A DNA stretch of 63,484 nt, counting the filler, from Rhabdomonas costata (Eukaryota): the NCBI GenBank assembly GCA_019059605.1. It is 48 parts of 48 records of this genome, joined end to end, with 100 filler letters (N's around TTAATTAATTAA, not from the genome) between each part and the next. Parts side by side here need not be neighbours in the genome. Positions count along the whole stretch, not along the records: positions 37,090 to 38,314 come from JAHMHO010022916.1; positions 38,415 to 39,639 come from JAHMHO010022917.1; positions 39,740 to 40,963 come from JAHMHO010022918.1; positions 41,064 to 42,289 come from JAHMHO010022919.1; positions 42,390 to 43,614 come from JAHMHO010022920.1; positions 43,715 to 44,939 come from JAHMHO010022921.1; positions 45,040 to 46,264 come from JAHMHO010022922.1; positions 46,365 to 47,589 come from JAHMHO010022923.1; 40 more parts are not named here. One strand, written 5' to 3'. Shown in pieces: positions 37,644-51,216 of this stretch. The position numbers and the translations under genes were made by a program. Numbering within the stretch: position 1 is the first letter of the stretch; each line of letters opens with the position of its first letter. The notes under the pieces were generated by a model. It did no database searches. It was not told the origin of the DNA and saw only the letters and a program-made list of their open reading frames with translations.

Positions 37644-38275
37644 CTTTGTGTTGAGTGCGGTAAATGCGGCTCGCACAAACAGTTCCCGGTTTTCGGTAAG
37701 GCTGGCGGTCACGGGCCTCTTATACGTGTCCAGGAACTTGATAGTCTCCTCCTTCGCCAGGTTGTATCCTGGAGGTTTCGTGGGGTGGAAGCAATTCAAA
37801 ACCAGCGAAGCATTCTTGCGAGCAATTCGCACACGCAGAAGTCAACCTTCCACAATCGAGCGAACGTGGACACCGTCTCTGATGTAATACTCCCCTATTC
37901 TCATCAGCTCTCCGGTCAGAAGCACGGTGCTTGTTGTGCCGTCGCCAGCGACGTCATCCCTGGAAAGAAATCCAATGCAACCTTAACCTTCACTGGCCCC
38001 ACGTCAAGCAGGATAGCTGAAAATCCCAGAATGTGCGATGGCGGGACAGCCAACATACTGCGCGGTGACTGCACGGGCGATCATTTGAGCAATGGGGTGC
38101 TGAAACTGCATCTCCTGCAACAACACGTTCCCGTCTTTCGTGAGCTTGATTTCTCCAGCACCACTGACCAGCATTTTCAGAGTCCCCTTTGGACCCAAGT
38201 TGGTGCAGAGAGTCTCTGAAAGCCCCTGGGAGGCGCTTGTGATGACACCCCGTGCAGACTTCCCCTTCACATTGG
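37644..38275 (-). CDS. CCT6: Divergent CCT/TRiC zeta subunit, exons 38275-38059, 37959-37847, 37768-37644
   Basis: [37 protein letters not shown]...[20 protein letters not shown]. Confidence 0.9.
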
Positions 38276-41200
38276 CTGCACAACAGAATACAATGGAAAC
38301 CCAGCACCGTCCGGNNNNNNNNNNNNNNNNNNNNNNNNNNNNNNNNNNNNNNNNNNNNTTAATTAATTAANNNNNNNNNNNNNNNNNNNNNNNNNNNNNN
38401 NNNNNNNNNNNNNNTGTTGGGGGTATGCACAAATTTTTTTGGACAGTGAGCAGTCAAGAGTCAAGCGAGGTTTTGGAATAGTTTCCCACGCGTGGTCTTA
38501 ACTTTACCCTCCAAGATGCAATTATTTCGAGGTCGGCCTTGAGGCGGCGAATCAGCCGCGGTCCACTCCCGACAAAAGAATGCAAGAAATATTGTTGAAA
38601 AAGGAAAGTCGAAGGGTGCGCTAGTTGGCATAGATGGCACAAGTTGGGCCAGATGACACTGGATAGCCGAGATGGTGCGAGATGACCTAGGGCGTTGCGC
38701 GAAGGGATGCCAGTGTCTAGGTTGGGTTGCCTGGGGAAGGGAAACAGGCGAAGGTGTGCCAACAACCCCAGTGCAACAGCCACGGGGTAGTTTCGCAGCC
38801 GTATCCAAAATTTCGACCCACTCGGAAGCGGGACTTAATTTCATAAAATCACAGGACAAAGGAAGGATGAGCCTTGTGACAGAGTCTTACATTTTTAAGG
38901 CTTTCAGTATTCTTGTTTTCTGAAAAGTCTTACTTTGGTTGCATCCCTGCTGAGAAAAGAGTAAAACCACACAAATCATGCTCTAAAGAAGCAGCGGAAG
39001 CAACACACTTCTTTGGCAACAGTACGCAGCAATTCAGGACTGAGTCTTTTCTCATCTTCGGCGTCAGGGAATTTGGAGTCCAAAAACAGCTATCACGAAA
39101 AATGATGGAAAACAAATAAAGCAGCGCGTTGGAGGCAGGTGGGTAGGTGGGCAGTCAATGCAAGTGCTTTTTCTTGACTGTCACAGAAATACGCGACCTG
39201 AAGAGGAGTGAAAGTTTGCTGCGAGCGAAGCGGCAGCGGTGCCTGTGGCAGATGCAGGCAGTCTTCTCTTATGGATTCCAAGGTGCATCTCTGCAGGAAG
39301 CAGCGCACACCAGGAAAACGCAACGGAAAAACCTAGGGCATTATCCAGAGGGCCAGAGAGCCAAGCCGAAGCACCATGAAAAAAATGGCGAAAACCAAAC
39401 TTTTTAAGATAAATGTCACCTGCAAAGAACAGCCTCCATAACCAACGCAGCCTCCATTTCCAGTCGACTGAGAATGAAAAATAAATCAAAAAAACAATGC
39501 TATACTCGCAGCAAGTCGAAGTTTGCACTCATAGCGAAAGGCAGCGCTTCTATGCGTTTCCCCACTTCAGATCTGGCTGGGAAAAAGAGCTCAGTCCAAA
39601 TTTCACCCAACTGAAATTTGAAGTTTACAAACACCCCCCNNNNNNNNNNNNNNNNNNNNNNNNNNNNNNNNNNNNNNNNNNNNTTAATTAATTAANNNNN
39701 NNNNNNNNNNNNNNNNNNNNNNNNNNNNNNNNNNNNNNNTTGTGGGTATATACCTTGGTGTTGGTGCTTCACTCCGGATCGGGGGCTTGCACGCCCTTGT
39801 ACACTAGCAACGCCGCTGACGCTTTTCCTTTTGCGGTGGCTGTGTCGCTAATTTTTTGCCGTCTCTGTGTTTTTGCTGTTTTGAACGTCAGCGAGGTGGG
39901 TATTCGCCGACAATTTGATAACACACAGGGCTAGCAGGCTAACCGCCAGGTTCACAGGAAGCACTGGTGCATGCTTCGAGAGCCAAATCTTTTGGATTTG
40001 GGGGACAGAGGGGGCTGAAAGTTGAAACGCAGAAAGCGCTGACTGGAAGTTGGAGGAAAGGAAGAGATGTCCCCTGCAGACAATGCGCGCTGCTTGGGTG
40101 CTCGCACGGAGAATCCCATAATCATGTTGAAACCGCAGGGCACCGGTTCACCACACAATACCAGGACAGTAATCTCCGCTTGCCATCTCATGACTTCGTG
40201 GAAGCTTCAGCTGACCTCACCGTAACCTCTCCCTATGGCAGCTTGCCTTAGTAAGGAAGGACGCCATCAATTTCCATGCATTCCTTTGGGGTATTTTAAG
40301 ATCATGGATGACTGCAGCAGTCAACTTTGGATGTGGGGCACTGTTTTCGTTCTCGGGACTGATGGCTGATGGCATAACGAATTGGAAACATATGACCCCA
40401 CGTAGCCCCACTTCGGACAGTTTGTGTCCAGCGTGCCACCAAATGTTGAGCTGCACCACTTTGTGTACCCCAAATCTGCACGTTTGGACCCCCCAACTGG
40501 TCTACCCGCTATTTGTCAATTTTCTTTTTTTAGATTTTTTGTATTGTCGCTCTCGGTCGAGTGCGTTGGGGTATTGGCATCTTTCATTTCTTTCTCTTTT
40601 CCTTTTTTTTTCTCATTTTCAAGAGCTGCGTCATGAGCAACGAGTTGCAAGGGTTTGTTTTGCCGTGGCGTTACTTGTGGAGGGAACTGCTCGTGGCTAT
40701 CTGTGTTATGCATCTGCTATTGACAAAGAGGTTCAGCCACGTCACTGAAAAAGGGTGGAACAGCTCTTGGGAAAGCTGGGGCAATACCCTTGTCGCGGAG
40801 CATTTGATGCATGTGACATTGTGTTTTGTGTTTTATGTGCCTTGGTATGATGCCTCCTTGCTAACCTTGTCGTGACTGTCTTCTCATCCGCGCTCTCGAC
40901 TAGGTTAGCAAGGAGGCATCATACCAAGGCACATAAAACACAAAGCACAATGTCACAAACAAANNNNNNNNNNNNNNNNNNNNNNNNNNNNNNNNNNNNN
41001 NNNNNNNTTAATTAATTAANNNNNNNNNNNNNNNNNNNNNNNNNNNNNNNNNNNNNNNNNNNNTGGTTTTACTTTACTTCCGACGATATTTCCCCGCGTT
41101 TTTGTTAGAGGTCATTTCTCTCCTCTTTTGCAGTGAGCCATAAATCCTCATTCGTTGTATTCCCTGATTGGCTTTCTCCAGAGACATGAGATGGCCATGT

Positions 41201-41492
41201 TGTCACCCAGGGAGGGGAATGAGCCCTTCCAACCCGAAAGAATCGTTAATGTCCTTCGGTTGTGTTGTTGTGAAAGGTGCAGCAGCTTTGATAGTTGCTT
41301 CGACCTACAATTGCCTTTTCCTTTTCCGTGGTGAAACTGCTTAAGTCATCAATTAGCATTGCATAAATTTGTTCTGCGGCCGATAAATACATTGCAGGTA
41401 GTCCGGCGTAGGATTCACATGACATCGTGACACTGTGCAATGCCATAAATTTGGGGGTGCGAGTTGACATCCTTCTGACAACCAACAAAAAG

Positions 41493-42257
41493 GAGCCTAC
41501 GGCACGACATACACCCTGGTCTTCACGATGCAGTTCTCCACCATCCCCGCGCTGTCCAGTGCCCCGCTTGAGGTGGCGCCATGTGACTCCTCGCAGTACG
41601 GCGCTCTGGGTACCCCGAACTGCGTGACGTGCCCCACGAACGGGGTCTGCAACGGCTCCACAATCGTGCTGGTCCAGGATGGCTACTGGAGGTGTGCGGG
41701 ACAAAATCATAACCTCTCAAGCGTCAACCGCAAGAACGTGATGGAAGCAGATGGATCCGTTCTGCTGCAAAAGCAAAATTAATAGTGGCTTTGAAGTTAA
41801 AGCTGAATCTCTTCCCCTGCCCGCCCCCTAAAACGAAATGGCGTGAATCGCTCGGCCGATCCAACTCAACTCCTATTTTTGCATAGGCCAGGTGCACGTT
41901 CATTGGGGTATCATCTGAGTCGTGTTTTTAGAAAAAGAAAGTAAGAAGGAAGGAAGGAAGGAAGGAAAGAAAGAAAGAAAGAAAGAAAGAAAGAAAAAGA
42001 AAGAAAGAAAGAAAGAAAGAAAGAACAGAAAGAAAAAAGGGGGTGCGACCCTTCGCATCATTAAGGTGTGGGCTGCCCCACTCTCGCTTTTTGTTCGAAC
42101 TCCTTTTTCTCACTGTTGCAAGGTCCCAGAGTGGGGGACTGATGGGATGTCCTTTGTGATTGACTAGGCAGGAAATCGCGGCGTGCATGTGGGGTACAGG
42201 TTTTCCAATCTCACGACGAAGATCTACCCCTGCTTCAGTACTTCCGGGTGCCAGGGG
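41493..42257 (+). CDS. Cys-rich extracellular region of a receptor-like membrane protein (exons 41493-41691, 42200-~42257)
   Basis: CxxxQY...CVTCPTNGVCNGS...DGYWR|FSNLTTKIYPC...GCQG. Confidence 0.75.
41945..42035. repeat. (GGAA)n/(GAAA)n microsatellite in intron
   Basis: Direct inspection. Confidence 0.95.
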
Positions 42258-42930
42258 TAGATCTTCGTCGTGAGATTGGAAAACCCACCNNNNNNNNNNN
42301 NNNNNNNNNNNNNNNNNNNNNNNNNNNNNNNNNTTAATTAATTAANNNNNNNNNNNNNNNNNNNNNNNNNNNNNNNNNNNNNNNNNNNNGTTGGTTGTGG
42401 CATGAACTTGCCGGAAGCGCTGCCCGATCGCAATGATCATACGGAGGTACTTCCTAAACGCTTTCCGTTTTCCGAGATGGGAGGTCCGGAAGAAGTATGC
42501 CCGAAACTTTGCCCTATCGCCGCTGCACAAATGCGGCAGATGGTGACCTTTTCGGGCTCCCGTGTGTTTGATCCTGGCTTCGACCCACTGCGGTCATGTG
42601 CTGGGCCCCATTGGTTGACTGATAGTAGCTTGAAGGGTTATATATGCTGCAACTGAAGTTGGGGGGGGGGTCACGGTTACCACTGGCGGTTACAGGAGTT
42701 AACAGTCTTTTCTTTGGGTTAAAAAATCGTTGAAGGCCCCCCAGGTCACGTCCTTGCCTCAGCCGCCCGCACCATACGTGTCGCGGAGTGGCCTTCACTC
42801 CCCTGAACTAATGTTAGTTAGAGATGGAGTTAGATTTGAGATGGTACCCCGCTGCACCGCGCATTCCAAGGCATCTCCCGTGACAGCCCCCGCGCCCGTT
42901 GGTAGACAGCGGTCACCGAATGCCAGCCAG

Positions 42931-43606
42931 GCAACAACCTGCGTACTATGTGCCCATCTACATCTTTCTCGGATATTTGGGCTGTCATGACGTGTGGAAC
43001 TCTTACGTGGGACAGGCGGTGGAGCAGGAGCTGAAGGAAGTGCTCTTGGCGTACTTCGTGCTGCTTACTATGGGGCCTTTGCAGGAGAGCGAGTTGCTTC
43101 GCGCAATGCAAAGCGAGCTGCTGCGCTGCTTCAAGGCCTCGGTGTGCACCCTGAATCGAGTGACCCCGGAGAATCAGTTCAGAGCTCTCACGGCGCGTCA
43201 CAGCATACGGGGGAAGGATGAATGGGATGAATATTGGCCAAAGCAAGGCTAATCTCCAGAGAAAGATCCGATGATTGATAAATAAATCTGCATCCCTCCC
43301 TCCCCGGTGAGTTTTGGACCTCGGATCTTAGCATTGATTTTTCGAGGATAGGGGACGGCATCGAAGAAGCAGCCACTTCTTGTAACCTTTGGGTGGGTAT
43401 TTTGGATGACAAGATATTTGTGATCGTCATGCCACAACCCCGGAAAGTGTATGGAAAGTGTATGCCTAATTTTCTTGTTTTCCTTTGCTCTTGGCTGTGC
43501 AGGTGGCCGGGCTGTGGAACATCGTGGAGCTCTCGCACTGGAAGCAGCGCGCGATGGTGGGATACTGTGCGTGGTCGCTGCTTCGGCGAGAGCTCCACGA
43601 TGTTCC
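42931..43606 (+). CDS. Hypothetical protein exons (42931-43141, 43503-~43606)
   Basis: GC3-rich, phase-0 GT-AG join LLRCFKAS|VAGLWNIVELSHWKQR. Confidence 0.6.
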
Positions 43607-43916
43607 ACCCCCACNNNNNNNNNNNNNNNNNNNNNNNNNNNNNNNNNNNNNNNNNNNNTTAATTAATTAANNNNNNNNNNNNNNNNNNNNNNNNNNNNNN
43701 NNNNNNNNNNNNNNTTGTTGGGTTGGAGTGAGGTGAACCAGCGAGCGAGAGAGCAGAGGGTGGGTTTGTGTGATGAGTGCACGTTCTTCGTATCTGTCTT
43801 CTTTTTTCAAGTGAAAAACATTTTAAAAAATATGCTGGCTGATATCAGCAGCAGGAGGTGGAGAAGGGCAGGAAGCCTTTGGTGAAAGGTCGAGGGGTTT
43901 GGGAGGGGGCACGGAC

Positions 43917-44038
43917 CGATCAGGAGGGAGTTGACGATGGAGAACCAGTGAATCTTCTCGTTGCTAGCGTCGGCGGACTTCAGGTAGTGGTCCCACCGCG
44001 AGCTCCACGCCACGTCGGCGTCCTCCTCCCACTTCACG
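43917..44038 (-). CDS. Nonaspanin (TM9SF/EMP70) exon
   Basis: SVKWEE...WSSRWDHYL...IHWFSIVNSLLI. Confidence 0.95.
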
Positions 44039-46726
44039 CTAAGCACACAGCAAAGGTGCCAACCACACAACGGCACGGACTGAGAGATATGCGACAGAGG
44101 CCCCCTTCCTGTTGAATCGAGCAAGGGAAAAGATTTTGTATTGGTTTAATAATCTTTGACAACATGACTACAATCCCCACTTCTGTAGAAGGCTCAGCCA
44201 AAGTAGGGCTGGTCTTTGGTATTCACAGCATAGCAAAATTATCTGCAGTCCTTGAATCTACCCAATTTAAATACCGGCAAGACATAAACGGAAGAGGAAA
44301 CGGTTTGTGTGGAGCTAAGGGAGGAGAATAGGAAGAATGAAAAGACACGAAAATCATTCTGCTGAGTAAACAGAACCAATGCAATGGCTTAGAGAGGAGA
44401 GATATAAGACATTTTGGATTTCGCAACTTTCAAAACCGAAAAAATCTGTTTGGGATTTTTGCGATTATTTCGTCGATATGGGGATGCAAACAAATGTCAA
44501 ACATTGACGAAAAAATTCGTGATGTAAAAATGATGAGTAAAACAGATAACCCGAACCCCTCGGAGGGCAAAAATACGCCCGGGTGATAAGAGCTCTGTGT
44601 GTGAAAAGGGGGAGGGGAAAGACGGCTCTGGCTCCCAAGCGATAGGAGGCTTGCACGGGAACAGGCGCAAGGCTCCGCGGCAAGGGAGCTGAAAAAAAGC
44701 ATGTCAGGGAGACGGGGCTTCTTGAGAAAGAGAAAGACAAAGGCGCCTAAGGATATGCGCACATTTTCTTGTGGAGCATGCTGTGATGAGCATCCTTGAG
44801 AGTTAGTTAAGCGAAAACCCTTTCGATGGACAAAACAAAACGCAAGGCGCGGATCTCAGGCAATACAAACAGCCAGAGCACCCATGTTGCTCTGCAAATG
44901 GTCTGAAAAATGAAAGATAAGAAAAAAGGAGCAAAAAACNNNNNNNNNNNNNNNNNNNNNNNNNNNNNNNNNNNNNNNNNNNNTTAATTAATTAANNNNN
45001 NNNNNNNNNNNNNNNNNNNNNNNNNNNNNNNNNNNNNNNGGCTTGTGGGTGCAGCATTACTTTAAGTGGTGTATACCCAGGTTACGTTACGTTAGGTTAT
45101 GCTCAAGTGACTTTGCACACGTAGTTTGGTATCGGATGTTTGCCCATCAAACTGTTGGTTTGATCGTGCGAATGTGCGCTTACTTTCGTGCTATTTATCG
45201 TTTGATCAGCTACATAATCATCAGTTTGATCAGTTTGATCAACTACATAAGGTGGTTACATTAGTTGGTATTTTTCTGCGTTGCTAACATCTAGCATTAA
45301 ATATTAATGCAAGCCGGGTTCATTTGTTGCCTTTGCCCTTTGGACCTTCACACCACATCACGGCGCGTGTTCTCCGTGTTTTTCTTTCAGTTTTCCTCTA
45401 TGATCATTTGACCTCCATTCATTTTCCACCGAACGCTTTTCCTTCGTTGCCAGGGTAAGTTATTGCATTGCCTATGGCCCGGACCATGAACAACCTGTGC
45501 GCTGCTGCCGTGACCTCTGTGCAAATAAATATTAATGAAAAACAAAACGTTTCCGAAACTATTGACAAACCTCGATTTAAAATGGGGCCATCACTGTGGA
45601 AAAAATGGACAAAAATTTCGAGTTCTCGAATACAAAACCTCTCCCGTTCCCGTTTCCCCCCTGGTACATGTGTATGATGGGAGAGTTTCGAAAATAGTCT
45701 CTCAGGGAGAGTTTCGAAAATAGTCAACTTCCACTCGCAATGACCCCAAGGACATGTCTTCCCTCTTATTTTCGACTGTTTTGGGTCCATTTTGCTTGGT
45801 TTTTCCCTATTTTAGGGCATTTTTCACTCCGAATCCTGCTCGAGTCCCCCCATACAATGAATATGAGTCCGAAACCTTGATGACAGAATGTCCCATCGGG
45901 ACCTGCGCCTCGCTGGCCTATATATTGACCAGTCGGAAAAGGCAGCACCGAGTTTCAGAATTATTGTCCACTTCAAGCCCCTTTTAATTTCGAGTTGTGT
46001 CTTTTGCTTTATTTTTTGAGGGAGGGGGTGTTAAATGCCGTGAAGGGCTGAAGGTCAAATTTTTGCAGGACCCCTCCGTGGCAAGTCCGCAACTTTCCGT
46101 CTTGATATACAAGTCAGCGGCCCATCACACGCGCCTGCGGGAAGCAGACATACCTGATCGCCACAAGTTCTTCGATTCCGTACGCTTCCCCACGCCCATA
46201 CACACAAAACGGAAATAAACCATGGAAAAAAATATCAAGGCATACCGTTGATGCACAACCACACNNNNNNNNNNNNNNNNNNNNNNNNNNNNNNNNNNNN
46301 NNNNNNNNTTAATTAATTAANNNNNNNNNNNNNNNNNNNNNNNNNNNNNNNNNNNNNNNNNNNNGTGTTTTGTTTTGCTCAATGAAGATGATCCGTTGTA
46401 TGGTTCTGTTTTTCGTTGCATGTTCCGTTTTTGGATTCCAGCATGTTTCCAGAATATTTGCAGAGGGGTTGGTTACACTGAACAGTAACATTGATTGGAA
46501 GATGTTGCGAAATGGGTGGCACCAAAACCCAGGTGCTTCAAGTAGTGCTCATGTTCCCATCCGGGAGAGTATCTTCCGGGGGTACGTATCGCCCGATCAT
46601 CGCACTTACCGCATACCATACACCGAACATTTTATCCGCGCAAGAATAAGACAGTTCCCCAGGCGCATGGGTGCTTTTGGTTTATTTCGGACCTGAGATT
46701 TGCTGATTATGCCCCTATATTCCCAG

Positions 46727-47581
46727 GTACCAGCAGATGCAGGCCCAGAAGTGGGGTGTGCCGTGCTGCACCACTCTGGAGGACACCCTGCGGGCGGCGG
46801 TGCAAATGGTGGGCGCGGGCGCGGAGCGGGTTGGGGCGGAGGTGGAGGTGCCGTTACCGGCGTGGTCCCGGCCGCAGTTCCAGCGGTGGTACGCCGCCGT
46901 GAGGAGATGCGGCAACGCCCTCTCCCCTGGGACGCGGGTGCTGTGGAGCTTTCAGGTCAGAGGGCGAGCCTTCTTTGTCGCGGCCAAGGTGAACGTGTGG
47001 ATCGCGGCGGAGAACAGGTTTGCTTCAGTACCTCCTGAAGTAGCGTCCTTCAGCTCGTTTTCTCCTCTTCTCCTTGGCTGCCGGTTGCTTCGGTCGGAAC
47101 GTCAGCAAGCTGGGCTTGTTTCCATGATGCATAGCGCTCGTCCGGGGGCCAGTGCGTCTGTTCAACTCCTCGAAAAGTTCAACGGCCTGAATTTGCACGC
47201 ACGCCCAACCACGTCCTCAATATCATCCTCGCATTGATCGCTCGGCGCATAACGCATAATGCACAGCTGCGATCACACCGCACAGATTTCGAGGTACCCG
47301 GGTTCCAAGTCAGGTCAGGTGAGACACTTACAGCTAGGATGGCTTGCTGACACCGTGCAGTTCCGGGGAAAGCGGGCAAGGAAGGAGGAAGGAAAGTCAT
47401 GGGAGGTTGGAACAGAAACCATATTACAGTCTTCCTAGTCTCACAGTGGCCTCCATAGGCAGGCAGAATCAATCCAGTGCAATATTTTGGGATGCTGTTC
47501 ATTTGGGGGCACGTGTTTCAGGGTGAAGGCCAATGAGGTTGTGCTCTCCCGCCCGGACATTAGCTCCGTCCTGCTCTACCA
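46727..47581 (+). CDS. Bacterial-type nucleoside 2-deoxyribosyltransferase-like/Nudix fusion protein, exons 46727-47017 and 47522-~47581
   Basis: WGVPCCTTLEDTL...GAERVGAEVEVPLPAW...FQRWY...GNAL...VWIAAENR|VKANEVVLSRPDISSVLLY matches the recalled linker of these bacterial fusions. Confidence 0.7.
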
Positions 47582-49235
47582 CCCCCAACNNNNNNNNNNN
47601 NNNNNNNNNNNNNNNNNNNNNNNNNNNNNNNNNTTAATTAATTAANNNNNNNNNNNNNNNNNNNNNNNNNNNNNNNNNNNNNNNNNNNNTTCTCAAGGAT
47701 CCTGTGCAGCAGGCAACCGCCAGGGAGTGCGGGGGGGGGCTTTTGTAAACCTTTTTGCTGCCGAAGGTGACACCGGGAGAAAGTGCGCTGGGATGTGGAG
47801 GTGTCCCCCAACAAAGTTCTCCCAGGCAAGCAATGAGTCTCTCACACCGAGTGCTCACAGGTTGTCGGGAAGTGGAAATGGCGGGGGGAACCGTCGAGAA
47901 AATCGGAGTTTGGGGTGAGACGATTGCCAGAAAGGGAAAGGAGAGGAGGCATCAGCAGGGTCACTCGCCAACAACACAGGAACACAGGTTGCGGTCTTTA
48001 TTGAGTGGTCGTCAAGTGCCACTGACCGCATCACGCAATTCAATACCCTTCATTTCCTACGCACGCACCCACGCACACGTACACCTAAGGACTGGGTTGC
48101 CTATGCAAACGGGGGTTGTACACGTTGCAGCTCTACCCCAGTTGAAGGAGAGTGAGAGAGAGGCTTCTGTGAAGGTGATTCTCACACCCCTTTCACCTCG
48201 CCCCCTCCACAGCACACCACACCAAATGGAGTTAGGGACACACCAACAGAAACAAAAGGAGAAAAACAGCCCTCGTCCGAGGGAGGGGTTATGTACAAAA
48301 GGGAGCCCTTCACATGCACTTTCCACGGGCCCATACATCGTGCTGCACAACTACATACAAAACAAAAAACAAGGCAACACCACCCCCTAAGTATACCTGA
48401 TCTCCTTAGGACCCGTACCCACACCAACTTACTCGCTCACACGCTCGCACATCACATGAAGAACGAGGGCCAGCAAAAATCGGGGGTTGAGTCACGTTCC
48501 TCAAGAGCGGTAGGGGAGAGGTGGGAGCCAATGAAGGATGTCCACGAGCTCTGCGAGCCCGGAGGAAATTGAAGGGAACGAAGTAGTGCACCGGTGGGAA
48601 ACGAAGGAAGGAAAGGACGGCCGCCGTTCCAGCAGCTCAGCTGTTTTTTGTAGACTCGCCGTACACAGAGAAAAACTTGCGAAGGTAGAAGGGAGAAGAG
48701 GGCAGTCGTGAGGGAATGGCGCAAAGACGAATGAAAACAAAAGTCTTCGGTGGGGAAGGAGCGGGTTCTAAGAAGCGGCAAGGAGAAGTTCACTGCGTTG
48801 GAGCAGGAGAGGGCAAGGTAACGAATGGCTAACTCATGAAAGGGCAGGGAGCTAGGGAGTCGAAGGACCGTCAAAGGAGCTGGAGAAACGCAAACCCCCA
48901 AACACACCCACCACNNNNNNNNNNNNNNNNNNNNNNNNNNNNNNNNNNNNNNNNNNNNTTAATTAATTAANNNNNNNNNNNNNNNNNNNNNNNNNNNNNN
49001 NNNNNNNNNNNNNNGTGTTTTTGTCATTGTTTTTTATTGGGTGGAGTTATGTCTCCTTTCTCCACCTTCGTTCCTGTCTTCCACCATTACATATACTGAC
49101 TGAGTCATTCACGCAGTCATCCGCTCGTTCACTCACAAAAGTACTCCTCCCACCGACCACATAGCGTATTGACTGCGGACACCCATCTTCCGTTGTGGTA
49201 TTGTATTTTGGGGGGGGTTCGTGTGGTGTTTGCAG

Positions 49236-50080
49236 ATGTGCGCGACACCATGTTGGAGATGGTCTTGGCCACTGACATGGGGATGCACGCTAAGATCTAC
49301 CAGACCTTCCGGAGGCGGTGTGTTTGTGTATGCATGTATTTCGTTTCCCTTTTCACGTTTCACTTTTGCCGCTATGGGGGTATCCTGCGGGGGGAGCAAG
49401 ACCACGTACCTCAGCACGGATCTGAACTTTATTCGCGGGATTACTCTCGTACTCTCGTTGACCCACTGGGACCGGAGTCCTCCTGAGTTGAGTTTACTGG
49501 CAGCCTCCCACCCTGTAGTTGTATATCTACGCCAAGTTTTAGCTTCTTCAAGAGTCCATTTGAAGTTCGTTTTCAAATTAAACACCTGACATTGATGCCA
49601 AAGCTTCGCAATCCTGCGCACTGAGTGTAGCCAGGGCTGCTTAGAATACCTTAGTGGGCCGAAATGCTTCGGTTTGTTGGTGTCGTAAGCCGTTTTGCCG
49701 TTTTTTTCTATTTGGGGCCTGTGGGTCTGACAAAAAGTTGATTTCACGTCACGGGGCGCACGTCGGTTGTGCACCCGTATGTTCCTGTTTGCGCTAATGC
49801 CATTTTTCCGTTTTGTTCTTTCTGGCCATTTTTGTGGTTATGGCCCTGGCTTTCTCCCGATATTCCGGTTCTGCTTTTGTCACGCTGGTGCGTTGCCCGC
49901 TTCATGATGGGAAGTGCTGTTCTGCATTTGGGAAGGGTTGTGGGATGGGGGCGGGGGTTCCGCGTTAGGCTGGCCGAGGAGAAGGAGTGGACTAGCAAGG
50001 AGGACCAGAGGCTGGCCCTGAGCATTGTGATCAAGATGGCGGACATCAGCAACTGCTGCCGACCCCCTCATCTATACGCG
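49236..50080 (+). CDS. Class I cyclic-nucleotide phosphodiesterase exons (49236-49317, 49969-50080)
   Basis: EMVLATDMGMH and IKMADISNCCRP. Confidence 0.95.
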
Positions 50081-50617
50081 GTTTGCCCCCATCACCACCA
50101 CCACCACCATTCACGACCACCTACCGCTCGGGAGCTACTTTGAGCGAGAAAAAAATGGCGTACCTAAACTTGCCCGGTACACAGCAGAAGGCTGAACAAG
50201 ACTTTGGTGCAGCCAGCACTCCATATTTGACCACAAAAANNNNNNNNNNNNNNNNNNNNNNNNNNNNNNNNNNNNNNNNNNNNTTAATTAATTAANNNNN
50301 NNNNNNNNNNNNNNNNNNNNNNNNNNNNNNNNNNNNNNNTGGGCCGTGCTCCCGGATCCCCTGACTAGCCGTTTACGAAGCTTAATCATGGTAAGCAAGT
50401 GCGTATTGTTCCAACTGCATGCGACCACCGTCAATGTCACGGTCACCACCCGTTTTTGGTAATACCTCGTAGTCCCGCTTCCACCCTCCACATGCTGCCG
50501 CTGGGTTTTGTCTCGACTCCCTGGAAATGTCCAGATGTTGTCAAAAAATCTGCTCACTTACCGAAGACTGCCGGTTCTTATCCATTCTTTTGACTGCCTG
50601 AAATCTTTCCTCACTTT

Positions 50618-51216
50618 TGTAGTCGTCCTGGTGCAAGCACTTGGTGCTTCCGCATTTCGTCCCTGCGACGGCGATGTTCCGATTTCTGCATAGGTTTCTC
50701 TGCTGAGGGAACGAGCTCTCCGTTTGCAGGAGCGCCTCCGCAGCGTTCCCGCCCATGAGTCTTTTGTCCTTCCCGACACAGGAGACCTCCTGCCAGGAAC
50801 ACCCCCCCCCAGCGCCCATCCCAACACGTTGTAATTTTTGTGTGTGTCTGAAAAACAGAAAATAGAGGCACAATACATTACTCACAGGAGGATCCAGAGG
50901 ATATTCCTGCAGTGGCTAAGGAAGAAGATGGAGAGAAGCCGCAGAAGAAGACGAAGAAGACGAAGAAGAAGAAGAGAAGAAGCGTCGACCCTTTGCAAAA
51001 GGGTGACGTTGGGGGTTAGGCGAGCGGGTGGTGGTAGCTGGCGAGGCAAGGGCGAAGTTGCTGTGGAAAAGCGCAACCCCTTTCCTCCCCTCTCCCCGCT
51101 TAGCAACGGCCCAACAAGGAGGCCTGCCACTCCCGGAACAGAGTGGTCAGAAAACCTCTCCAGGCCTCGTCGCACTCCATGGTCCACGCCGAGGCGCACG
51201 TTTTCTCCAGGGACTC
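50618..51216 (-). CDS. Multi-exon hypothetical protein
   Basis: Splice-bounded segments ESLEKTCASAWTMECDEAW... and HCRNILWILL. Confidence 0.4.

Noticed and set aside
43142-43252. Apparent exon end lacking GT, suggesting a non-conventional intron or stop readthrough
   Set aside because: An in-phase TCG|GTGTGC donor at 43142 explains it. No in-frame stops were seen in conserved exons, so there is no evidence for a variant code.
44782-44906. Box C/D snoRNA (GTGATGA...CTGA)
   Set aside because: No terminal stem or recognisable guide; motifs this short are expected by chance
45040-46264. Non-coding contigs (also 9275-10499) as SL RNA, rRNA or tRNA loci
   Set aside because: No recognisable leader, rRNA motif or cloverleaf by eye; an Infernal/Rfam scan would be needed
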